Shown one piece after another: positions 30,501 through 41,400 of a stretch of 64,000 bases of DNA; position 1 is the stretch's first letter; every line of letters starts with the position of its first letter. Source of the DNA: Macrostomum lignano. Taxonomy: Eukaryota. The translations under genes and the position numbers were made by a program. The stretch is from positions 620,001 through 684,000 of the forward strand of contig NIVC01000099.1 in assembly GCA_002269645.1 (NCBI GenBank). The letters are read 5' to 3'. Under the pieces are notes generated by a model. That model had not been told where the DNA came from. It saw nothing but the letters and a program-made list of their open reading frames with translations, and made no database searches.

Positions 30501-32605
30501 AACTTCCTACAGATTTTTGTACAGCATTGTTGACACCAGCAGTGTACAGCAGTGTACATCTGTGCATACCAGCAGTGTACAGCAGTGTACATCCGTGTAC
30601 ATCAGAGTGCATTCAATCCACACCAGTGTACATCCGTGTACATCAGGGTGCATTCAATGCACACCAGTGTACATCCGTGTACATCAGGGTGCATTCAATG
30701 CACACCAGTGTACATCTGTGCATACCAGCAGTGTACATTCAATGCAACAGAATTCCGTCGCCTCAGTCCAGTTGAGCAAGGCAGCAACAATACAGACTGA
30801 CCTCAATGGTTCGAATTCTCATTTCAAACGCGTGTGGAATAACTTTTTAATTTGAAATTCGAATTTTCAAACTGACCTTTCTGACTAAGCGGTCAAGTAA
30901 AGCGCATTGCAGCTGCTCTCTGCATCAGCCAATCAGGAATGTTGATGGAAATTCTTTATTGACAGTAAGGCTTAAGTATATGAATTATGGAATAAAAATA
31001 GTGGAAAAATATGAAACATGCCAACTTGTCTCGATAATTGGGTCGCTTGAAAGTTGAGAGTCCCAACTCGTGCATAAATTAAATAAATTTCCTGTCCAAA
31101 AATGGTTGCTCAGGAGATCCGATTTCAAGGCCTCAGACGGGTTAGAACTGGCGTGTGGGGTGCGTCGGGGGTTTCAAATATCGATTCTCGGTATGAACTC
31201 GGAAATAATTCAATCCTATCGTGGATTTATGACCCGCTTTGGGGAAATTCCGACTGTCTGTCAGCGGGTGAATTTTGAAAAGCAATAAATTTTTGCGTTT
31301 TCTGCTGCGCACATTCTGGACCAGTTTTTCCTTGTTTCAATTTGAAAAATATTCTGTTAAAATAAGATCTACTGGCTGTTTTTTCTGAATTCCTGAATTT
31401 GTTTTTCAAATTTTGGAAATAATTGATACAAAACTGGGGCACCGCAGTTCTGCACCCGCCACCCGCGGCGTCATGTCTTTTGCGCAGGTGTCAGGTGTGA
31501 ACTTCACAAAGGGCAATTTTCAGGGATGGATTTAGGTGATTCTCAGTGATAGATTGAGGCGACTCTCATTGATGGATTGGGGCGGTTCTTAGGGGCGGAT
31601 TGATGTGATGCTTAGGGGCGGATTGAGGTGATGCTTAGGGGAGGATTGAGGTGATGCTTAGGGGCGGATTGATGTGATGCTTAGGGGTGAATCGAGGTGA
31701 TGCTTAGGGGTGGATCGAGGTGATGCTTAGGGGCGGATTGATGTGATGCTTAGGGGAGGATTGAGGTGATGCTTAGGGGCGGATTGATGTGATGCTTAGG
31801 GGAGGATTGAGGTGATGCTTAGGGGCGGATTGATGTGATGCTTAGGGGTGAATCGAGGTGATGCTTAGGGGTGGATCGAGGTGATGCTTAAGGGCGGATT
31901 GATGTGATGCTTAGTGGAGGATTGATGTGATGCTTAGGGGCGGATTGATGTGATGCTTAGGGGTGAATCGAGGTGATGCTTAGGGGTGAATCGAGGTGAT
32001 GCTTAGGGGTGGATCGAGGTGATGCTTAGGGGCGGATTGATGTGATGCTTAGTGGAGGATTGATGTGATGCTTAGGGGCGGATTGATGTGATGCTTAGGG
32101 GCGGATCGAGGTGATGCTTAGGGGCGGATTGAGGTGATGCTTAGGGGTGGATCGAGGTGATGCTTAAGGGCGGATTGATGTGATGCTTAGGGGCGGATTG
32201 ATGTGATGCTTAGGGGCGGATTGAGGTGATGCTTAGGGGCGGATTGAGATGGTTCTCAGAGGCAGATTGACAGATTCGCAGGCTCAGACACTTTTGCAAG
32301 CCCTCCGTCCCGGTCTCACCCGGAGTGGTCACCACCGGCAGGAACTGGTGCTCGCTCAGCAGGCCAAACAGCGGCGCCTTCGCCACCGGCAGGCTGACAT
32401 TGCAGCCCCGGGTGACCCCGTCGCTCAGCAGGTGGCTCTCGCTGGCGAAGGCGCGATAGTGGAAGTCCAGCGGCTCGCCGCACTGCTGCAGGCCGGCCCG
32501 GGCCAGGTCCCAGAACACGCCTCGGAGCTGGCCGGCCACGGTGTCCGAGAACGGCGGGTGGCCGAAATAGCAGACGGTCAGATTCTCGCTGGCTGGCGAG
32601 CCCAT
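21322..32605 (-). CDS. Ionotropic glutamate receptor-like ligand-gated channel with K+-channel selectivity filter (GluR0/AvGluR1-like architecture), ~596 aa from the first visible ATG
   Basis: Minus-strand exons 32605-32320, 28719-28583, 28033-27939, 26449-26290, 25418-25355, 24365-23989, 22306-22149, 21835-21322 join in phase via GT-AG. S1-like CYFGHPPF...GVFWDL...[10 protein letters not shown]1 [23 protein letters not shown]. Pore [16 protein letters not shown]|[13 protein letters not shown]3 [23 protein letters not shown]2-like VMNGSFEE...GALIEHF. Terminal [20 protein letters not shown]. PolyQ tail. Confidence 0.85.
21520..21578. repeat. (CAG)n trinucleotide run encoding polyQ in the last exon of the minus-strand channel gene
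   Basis: (GCT)n on + strand; ORF 21322-21825(-) reads ~20 consecutive Q. Confidence 0.9.
22317..22955. repeat. 15-bp minisatellite (GGAATCGGAGTGACA)n
   Basis: Direct reading; starts ~10 nt from the acceptor at 22307. Confidence 0.97.
23547..23965. repeat. 9-bp-based degenerate repeat (GTAGCCAAG/GTAGACAAG)
   Basis: Direct reading; intronic. Confidence 0.9.
24497..25035. repeat. Degenerate ~12-bp repeat (TCTCACTCAGTA)
   Basis: Direct reading; intronic. Confidence 0.85.
25568..26140. repeat. 25-bp repeat (GGGAATTCCCTCGACAATATGATTT) decaying into GGGAATCCC-spaced units
   Basis: Direct reading; intronic. Confidence 0.8.
26480..26680. repeat. 35-bp minisatellite (GGGATCTCAGGTTGCTATGGGATATTTCCCGATTG)
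   Basis: Direct reading. Confidence 0.9.
27012..27596. repeat. 13-bp purine-rich minisatellite (AGTAGACAGAGAG)
   Basis: Direct reading; source of the [13 protein letters not shown] repeat ORFs. Confidence 0.95.
28185..28566. repeat. 20-bp minisatellite (GTCAGCAAGCCTATCTAACA)
   Basis: Direct reading; ends 15 nt from the donor at 28582. Confidence 0.95.
28868..29210. repeat. Degenerate AGTGACAC-based repeats
   Basis: Direct reading. Confidence 0.8.
29963..30006 (+). repeat. Interstitial telomeric repeat (TTAGGG)x~7
   Basis: GGG(TTAGGG)6TTAGG; a shorter run TAGGGTTAGGGTTAA at ~30123-30137. Confidence 0.9.
30540..30740. repeat. Degenerate CAGTGTACATC-based repeat
   Basis: Direct reading. Confidence 0.8.
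31590..32247. repeat. 23-bp minisatellite (GATGCTTAGGGGCGGATTGAGGT)
   Basis: Direct reading. Confidence 0.95.
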
Positions 32606-32797
32606 GTGCCTGTCTGTGTCTGTCTGTCCGTGTCTGCCTGTCTGTGTCTGTCTGTCTGTGTCTGTCTGTCCGTGTCTGTCTGTCTGTCTGTGTCTGTCTG
32701 TCCGTGTCTGTCTGTCCGTGTCTGTCTGTCCGTGTCGGTCTGTCTGTGTCTATCTGTCCGTGTCTGTCTGTCTGTGTCTGTCTGTCCGTGTCTGTCT
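32606..32797. repeat. Compound (TGTC)n microsatellite immediately upstream of the channel ATG
   Basis: Direct reading. Confidence 0.9.
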
Positions 32798-33609
32798 TGT
32801 CAATCAAGTTGGCCTACAGTCGGGCCCATCCTGTCTCAATTATATCTCTAGAGGGGGCGGCGAATTCATGGTGAACGGAACGAAAGCCGCACACCAAGGG
32901 CCTTCAAACCCTGCGCTTCTGCTTGGCTGGGGCTACGGTCATTGGCTCGAACTTGGCTTGGCCAATCAAATGAAGCGAGTTGGCAGTTAGGAAACTTCGG
33001 CTTCGGCTCCACTCGGCTGCAGCCCCCCGATGCTTCTAAGCCGCGACAGTCAATCAGGGGTGCGCCAGGTCACTTCTTCGTTCATTGAGGTGTCTTGCAT
33101 TTTAAAGCTGATTTTTTGACGAGAGATTTGCCAGAACTGGGCTTTGGGCAGAGTCAGATGTCAAATTAAGGCTTGAATGCTTGATGATGGGTCATGGCTG
33201 ATTGCTGCCCAGGAAGTCTTGCCAGAAATGCGACCGGCTTCTTTAAGGAGCAAATCCATAGCCTTTGAGTTGACTCCAGAGACTTGAAAATTGAACTTGG
33301 AGCTCGATTTTTCGAAGTAGGAAATGAATAAGCTTGTCTTGGAGATCAGATTACCCCAGCCAGCACTGAGTCCAGTTTAGAACGATTGCTCTAAAATCAA
33401 TCGCAACATTTCCAACTTAGAAATGCTAAAGTTCCCGCCGCGAAACCAGTGATCATGCAGCAAGTGGCAGCTTCAATACAACTCATATCCATAGCTCTCC
33501 ACTCTCTTCTCATCAGTCTTGCTTTCTGATTGTAATAAAAATTGTAACCACATGTATTGTAATATAATTTAGAGTGCATATAGTGTAACCCTAACTCTAA
33601 TGATTACAG

Positions 33610-33760
33610 GCGGGCTGCAGGCACCCTGACGCAACGCCTTCGGCGGCATCGACCCACGATTCCTGCATGAGCACACACAAGTGCCAATACTGTACTCAGA
33701 ACACGCACGGAATCGAACCAGAGACCATGGCGTGAGAATCAGCCATGAGCTGCACTACCC
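33610..33760 (-). mobile_element. tRNA-derived SINE (shortened copy)
   Basis: Minus strand B-box TGGTTCGATTCC. 3' part GTGGGTCGATGCCGCCGAAGGCGTTGCGTCAGGGTGCC matches the 6877-7167 copy. Confidence 0.6.
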
Positions 33761-34321
33761 ACTACACCTAAACATCATTGCTTTATGGCGAAGACTTTGC
33801 ACTAAGATAGAGATGAATACATGTACGTATCTCTAAACGGCTATTAAATCTGGATAACCTAGACTACTATAGTAATAACTTACCTGCACAGCAGTGCAGA
33901 CTATATCTAGTGTACACACTCACGGCATCGCTACAGCCCACACAACTTCATTAGCGGCAACAGCAGTCGCATTCTAATCTGTTTGCAATACCTAGACGAG
34001 TATTTCTGTTCTGCAGTAGCCATGCCAAAGCAATTTGCATTGATGGCGGTTTCTCTACGCTCAAGATTACGAGTATTCTCGTCTACTTAGCCGTTTTTTA
34101 TTTAATATGAATTTCGAATTCTCACAACTAATATCGGATACTTTTGGCTGAGTACAGCCATTGCTCGAACGTTTTTGACAGACTGAGACGGCGGATGAAT
34201 GCAGATGAAGGTTGGGGGCGTGAGGAAGCTGGATGACTGAGAGATAGGTAGCTCCGAGGTAAATTTGCTAGGATGGAGACTAAGAGGGTCGACAAGGATA
34301 AGTTAGCCAAGATTAAGAGGT

Positions 34322-35195
34322 AATCAAGAGTGAGAGGTAGTAAAGTGTGAGAGGTAGTCAAGAGTGAGAGGTAGTCAAGAGTGAGATAGGTAGTCAAGTG
34401 TGAGAGGTAGTCAAGTGTGAGAGAGGTAGTCAAGTGTGAGAGGTAGTCAAGAGTGTGAGAGGTAGTCAAGAGTGAGAGAGGTAGTCAAGTGTGAGAGAGG
34501 TAGTTAAGTGTGAGAGGTAGTCAAGTGTGAGAGGTAGTCAAGAGTGAGAGGTAGTCAAGTGTGAGAGGTAGTCAAGAGTGAGAGGTAGTCAAGTGTGAGA
34601 GGTAGTCAAGAGTGAGAGAGGTAGTCAAGAGTGAGAGAGGTAGTCAAGTGTGTGAGAGGTAGTCAAGTGTGAGAGGTAGTCAAGTGTGAGAGGTAGTCAA
34701 GAGTGTGAGAGGTAGTCAAGTGTGAGAGGTAGTCAAGTGTGAGAGGTAGTCAAGTGTGAGAGGTAGTCAAGTGTGAGAGGTAGTCAAGAGTGAGAGAGGT
34801 AGTCAAGTGTGAGAGGTAGTCAAGTGTGAGAGTTAGTCAAGAGTGAGAGTTAGTCAAGAGTGAGAGGTAGTCAAGAGTGAGAGGTAGTCAAGAGTGAGAG
34901 GTAGTCAAGAGTGAGAGAGGTAGTCAAGTGTGAGAGGTAGTCAAGTGTGAGAGTTAGTCAAGAGTGAGAGTTAGTCAAGAGTGAGAGGTAGTCAAGTGTG
35001 AGAGGTAGTCAAGTGTGAGAGTTAGTCAAGAGTGAGAGGTAGTCAAGAGTGAGAGGTAGTCAAGAGTGAGAGGTAGTCAAGAGTGAGAGGTAGTCAAGAG
35101 TGAGAGGTAGTCAAGAGTGAGAGGTAGTCAAGAGTGAGAGAGGTAGTCAAGAGTGAGAGGTAGTCAAGAGTGTGAGAGGCAGTCAAAAGTGAGAG
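34322..35195. repeat. 17-19-bp minisatellite (GAGAGGTAGTCAAGT/GAGT)
   Basis: Direct reading; lies downstream of the SGF29 stop. Confidence 0.95.
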
Positions 35196-35419
35196 GTCCA
35201 AAATTGCAGTTCAGAAAGATAAATTAAACAAAAGTACTCGGCAACCAGATCTCAAATTGGAGTTGAATTATTGCATTATGAGTATCATACACTGACTGTA
35301 GTTAAGTGCTAGAAAATAGTTGATGTATTATTTAAATACAAAACGCAACAAAATGTGTGTAGCAAGCGGTCCTCAATGACACAAAAAATGCTCATCGCAG
35401 TCCGATCGGACAGCAAAGG

Positions 35420-38400
35420 TCAGGCGTTCTGCTCATCGCGCAGGGGAATCACGTAGCGCTGCGGCACAGCCAGCGAGGGCGCGATGCCTTCAGGGTAAGA
35501 CGGGTCCTCGAAGAACAGCTGGTAGTCTTCGTGCACCGAGGTCGGCGGCTCGTCCACCAGGGCGCGGTAGAAGCAGGTGGTCTGCGGGTACAGGGCCAGC
35601 ACCATCTGGCGCGGCGGGAGTGGGCGATTCTCAGGGGCGGATTTGGCGATTCTCAGGGGCGGATTGGGATGATTCTCAGGGGCGGATTTGGCGATTCTCA
35701 GGGGCGGATTGGGATGATTCTCAGGGGCGGATTTGGCGATTCTCAGGGGCGGATTTGGCGATTCTCAGGGGCGGATTGGGATGATTCTCAGGGGCGGATT
35801 TGGCGATTCTCAGGGGCGGATTGGGATGATTCTCAGGGGCGGATTTGGCGATTCTCAGGGGCGGATTTGGCGATTCTCAGGGGCGGATTTGGCGATTCTC
35901 AGGGGCGGATTTGGCGATTCTCAGGGGCGGATTTGGCGATTCTCAGGGGCGGATTTGGCGATTCTCAGGGGCGGATTTGGCGATTCTCAGGGGCGGATTG
36001 GGATGATTCTCAGGGGCGGATTTGGCGATTCTCAGGGGCGGATTTGGCGATTCTCAGGGGCGGATTGAGATGATTCTCAGGGGAGGATTGGGATGATTCT
36101 CAGGGGCGGATTTGGCGATTCTCAGGGGCGGATTTGGCGATTCTCAGGGGCGGATTTGGCGATTCTCAGGGGCGGATTGGGATGATTCTCAGGGGCGGAT
36201 TTGGCGATTCTCAGGGGCGGATTGGGATGATTCTCAGGGGCGGATTTGGCGATTCTCAGGGACGGATTGAGATGATTCTCAGGGGAGGATTGGGATGATT
36301 CTCAGGGGCGGATTTGGCGATTCTCAGGGGCGGATTGGGATGATTCTCAGGGGCGGATTTGGCGATTCTCAGGGGAGGATTTGATGATTCTCAGGGACGG
36401 ATTTGATGATTCTCAGGGACGGATTTGATGATTCTCAGGGACGGATTTGTTGATTCTCAGGGGCGGATTTGGCGATTCTTAACGGGCGGATTGGGGTGAT
36501 TCTCAGGGGCGGATTGGGATGATTCTCAGGGGCGGATCTGGTGATTCTCAGGGGCGGATTGGGGTGATTCTCAGGGGCGGATTGGGATGATTCTCAGGGG
36601 CGCATCTGGTGATTCTCAGGGGCGGATCTGGTGATTCTCAGGGGCGCATCTGGTGATTCTCAGGGGCGGATTTGGGTGATTCTCAGAGGCGGATTGGGAT
36701 GATTCTCAAGGACGAGTTAAACACAAGTATAGCGCAAAATCAATTCCAAAAATTCAAATCCGGAACCTCACCTCGCCCTTTTTAAAGATCGCCTCCGGGT
36801 TGGTCTCCGGGTTGGCCTTCCACAGCGGCAGGGGAATCACGCTGGTCTTGGGCAGCGAGTGCCGCCTACAAGTCAAAATCCAGAGGCATCAGCTGAGTTA
36901 ATTCAATGCGTGTCGGGGCTTGAGATGCGATCGGTGGGTCAGACAGATTGACAGGAAGGCAAAGTAAACAGCGGCATGCTGGAGGCAGCGGCAGTGGCGC
37001 AAACCGTGATGATAGAAAAACTGAATCAAAATCTTCCCATGCGGACCAGGGACCTCTGGATGTCTGAACCAGGGACAGTCTCTCAGCAGGTAAGTATTTA
37101 GCGAAGGTTTGGGTCTGTTTCCTGTACAGGTTTCTAGAGATCCCTGGCGCAGAGATAGACATTTAACATAGGTATGGGTCTGCTTCCAGTCCAGGTTTCT
37201 AGAGTCCTTGGTGCAGGGGTAAACATTTAGCGAAGGTGTGGATTCTGCTTCCAGTCCAGGTTTCTAGAGGTCCTTGGTGCAGGGGTAAACATTTAGCGAA
37301 GGTGTGGATTCTGCTTCCAGTCCAGGTTTCTAGAGGTGCTTGGTGCAGGGGTAAACATTTAGAAAAGGTGTGGGCGTAAGCATTTAGCGAAGGTGTGGGT
37401 CTGCATCCAGTCCAGGCCTCTAAAAGTCCTTGGTGTGGGTAAGCTCAAGGGCAATAACAGACAGGCAATGCTTATGCACCAGAATCGATAGCATTAATAT
37501 AAAAAAGCAAATAAGTTGAGCAGCACGCTAACTGTGAGAGTAACAGGAGCAGTTGGACCTGTCGGTTACTATAGATATTCATTCAGAATTCTAAATTTAA
37601 TCTAAGTTTAGATTAATAACAATTTTAGTTCTAATTTTCAAGAGTTAACATCAAGGTAGCTTAGATAGAACTGAACTGTTTGGTTCAAATTGGCGCCAAA
37701 ACTGCAAGCATGCAATCCGTTTAAACAAACAAGCGCGTCAGATCAAATATTTATGCACAAGGAAAACTAGCTAGCTAAGTGACACAATTTTTTAGGCTAG
37801 TTAGTTTAACTATACTACTAAAACAGAGGAGTGAGCAGTAGCATATGCGGCACCAGATTATGACAAAAATATTTTCGAGATTGGTTAAATGCAACAGCGA
37901 ATGCACTTACTCCGGTCTGCTTTCCGGTTGAGGGACGAGTGAAGGGTGGAGCGGTTAGGAGTGAAATCAATGAGCTTTGCGTGTACATCATTGTTTGCTT
38001 AATTAAATATCATTCAGCCGTTAACTACATGAATCCGAAAATTATTATACTGCATTAAAAAAACTTGCACATGAATCTACTATAAGTAGCTGATTGATCA
38101 ACATGTTTGACTAGCAAGTGATGGGCGCCAGATAAAGCATGGAAACGGGACAGGGGTGCCAGATAAACCATGGAAACGGGACAGGGGTGCCAGATAAAGC
38201 ATGGAAACGGGACAGGGGTGCCAGATAAAGCAAGGAAACGGGACAGGAGTTTCCAGATAAAGCAAGGAAACGGGACAGGAGTTTCCAGATAAAGCATGGA
38301 AACGGGACAGGGGTGCCAGATAAAGCAAGGAAACGGGACAGGAGTTTCCAGATAAACCATGGAAACGGGACAGGAGTGCCAGATAAAGCATGGAAACGGG

Positions 38401-41400
38401 ACATGGGTGCCAGATAAAGCATGGAAACGGGACAGGGGTGCCAGATAAAGCAAGGAAACGGGACAGGAGTTTCCAGATAAAGCAAGGAAACGGGACAGGA
38501 GTTTCCAGATAAAGCATGGAAACGGGACAGGGGTGCCAGATAAATCATGGAAACGGGACAGGAGTGCCAGATAAATCATGGAAACGGGACAGGAGTGCCA
38601 GATAAATCATGGAAACGGGACAGGGGTGCCAGATAAATCATGGAAACGGGACAGGAGTGCCAGATAAACCATGGAAACGGGACAGGGGTGCCAGATAAAT
38701 CATGGAAACGGGACAGGGGTGCCAGATAAAGCAAGGAAACGGGACAGGAGTTTCCAGATAAAGCATGGAAACGGGACAGGAGTGCCAGATAAAGCATGGA
38801 AACGGGACAGGAGTGCCAGATAAAGCATGGAAACGGGACAGGAGTGCCAGATAAACCATGGAAACGGGACAGGGGTGCCAGATAAATCATGGAAACGGGA
38901 CAGGAGTGCCAGATAAAGCAAGGAAACGGGACAGGAGTTTCCAGATAAAGCATGGAAACGGGACAGGAGTGCCAGATAAAGCATGGAAACGGGACAGGAG
39001 TGCCAGATAAACCATGGAAACGGGACAGGAGTGCCAGATAAAGCAAGGAAACGGGACAGGAGTTTCCAGATAAACCATGGAAACGGGACAGGGGTGCCAG
39101 ATAAATCATGGAAACGGGACAGGGGTGCCAGATAAATCATGGAAACGGAACAGGGGTGCCAGATAAACCATGGAAACGGGACAGGGGTGCAAGATAAAGC
39201 ATGGAAACGGGACAGGGGTGCCAGATAAATCATGGAAACGGGACAGGGGTGCAAGATAAATCATGGAAACGGGACAGGGGTGCAAGATAAATCATGGAAA
39301 CGGGACAGGGGTGCAAGATAAAGCATGGAAACGGGACAGGGGTGCCAGATAAAGCATGGAAACGGGACATGGGTGCCAGATAAAGCATGGAAACAAGTGC
39401 AGTTGCATACACAGTGACACGCAGTTCGCCTGCGACAAGTGCCTGCCAACACAGACACAACTAGCCAAAAGCATGTCTAAACCAAAGACAAGAGCAGCAC
39501 ACAGCGAACTCACTCCTTGCCCTCCTCGGCATCCACATCGGCCACGTGGTAGCGGCCGTTGGTCCACTGGTACTTGATGACCTCAGCCAGGATCCAGTTG
39601 TCCTCGCCGTCCTCCCTCACCAGGGCGGCGATCTTGTCCCTGGGCTGGCAGATGTAAGACGGGTCGGGGGCCCGGGAGCCGCACAGCGGGGGCGCCTCGT
39701 GGCCGGGTTCGCCAACCCACAGCGGCAGGGTGCGGGCCGCCTCCTGCAGCAGCGACATCAGGACGCCGCGGCGGACCACCGTCGGTGCGCTGTACTTGCT
39801 GAGCGACTCCTTGAGCTCGCGAATTTCAACGATCAAGTCGAGAGCCTTTTTTAGGCATCTGAGGGGTAGAGATATTTTTAACTAACACTTAGTGCAGTTT
39901 ATAAGCCAGTTCGATAATAATAACGTGAGAGAGAATCGGAGCCACTGATCTCAGAACACGCACACGCTCACACAAGGTGTACACCCGATGAAAACGGTAC
40001 CCAAGACAAAGAAGAGTCTCAAAGTTACTTGCGTAGGGGGGCCGTAGCCGAGCGGTAGCGCAGCTGCTCAGGTGTGCCAGCGACCCAGGCTCGATTCCAA
40101 GTGCAGTCACATTAATTTGGGGCTGAATTGGAATCTCGACTTGGCTCTGCACGTGCAACTGACGGCCTTGAGAGCTAACCCCCCAAGGCGCAGAGAAGTG
40201 TACATGCCTAACGATAATATAAAGTTAGGGCCGCTGTACACTCCTGTGCGAGTGTGTGCCTGCGTACGTATCCGCGCGCTTTTATGCCTGCTCAGGAGAG
40301 TCGGCGGAATGGGCAGTAATGCCTCTCGCCGGTTGTGTGCCTGTCGCTTAAAGTGCGCCTCTAATAAAAAAAAGTTAATTGCGTTGTCCCAGAGTTGTCT
40401 TAAAGTCATTGCAGGCAACACAGGTAAAGCAGGAAAGAAGTGACTCAATACGACTCTAAAACGAGATGTCACGGTACAAGTCGCCAAAACGTCGTCAAAG
40501 AATCACTTGAGAGTCAATCTGAGGCTTTTTATTGTCTGCGACTCTGAAACGACTCTGGGGCCGTAGAGTCACGTCTGAGGCACACTCTAGGCGCTTTAAG
40601 AGGCTGGAATCCATTTGCGGGACAGCGGACCCGAATTTCCCATCATCAGACAGTGTGAACACTCTAGGCGCTTTAAGAGGCTGGAATCCATGTGCGTGAA
40701 GACCACGACAAGCCCAAGGCTGAGCTTCGTGCATACAGAAAGCAATGACTCTGCGGACTACTCAGCCCAAGCAGAAGACGTTGGCAAAGTGACTAAAATT
40801 AAACTGCTAAGACTGGAGACAGAGACTGTCGGGTCAGATTACAAGCACAATTAGCAAGTGAAGTACTCACTCCTGCTCAGTTTCCGCATCGTTCATGGCC
40901 TGCATGTAGAGAGCCTGCAGCTTGTTCTTGGTCTGCGATTGGACTGTTCAATGATAAATAACAGGGCGGGCGGTTAGACAGGGGCTTGCGTTGTGCACGG
41001 GAGTCTGACATTTGAGCACTCAGCAGAACTGGTCACACAGGAGTCTGACACTTGAGCACTCAGCAGAACTAGTCACACAGGAGTCTGACACTTGAGCACT
41101 CAGCAGAACTGGTCACACAGGAGTCTGACACTTGAGCACTCAGCAGAACTGGTCACACAGGAGTCTGACACTTGAGCACTCAGCAGAACTGGTCACACAG
41201 GAGTCTGACACTTGAGCACTCAGCAGAACTGGTCACACAGGAGTCTGACACTTGAGCACTCAGCAGAACTGGTCACACAGGAGTCTGACACTTGAGCACT
41301 CAGCAGAACTGGTCACACAGGAGTCTGACACTTGAGCACTCAGCAGAACTGGTCACACAGGAGTCTGACATTTGAGCACTCAGCAGAACTGGTCACACAG

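Noticed and set aside
21322-32605. Bacterial contamination or very recent HGT as the source of the GluR0-like gene
   Set aside because: Seven spliceosomal introns with host-type minisatellites and the same high-GC3 codon style as its neighbours; ancient transfer cannot be excluded.
38055-39460. Multiple overlapping 60-180-aa ORFs
   Set aside because: 31-bp minisatellite in an SGF29 intron.
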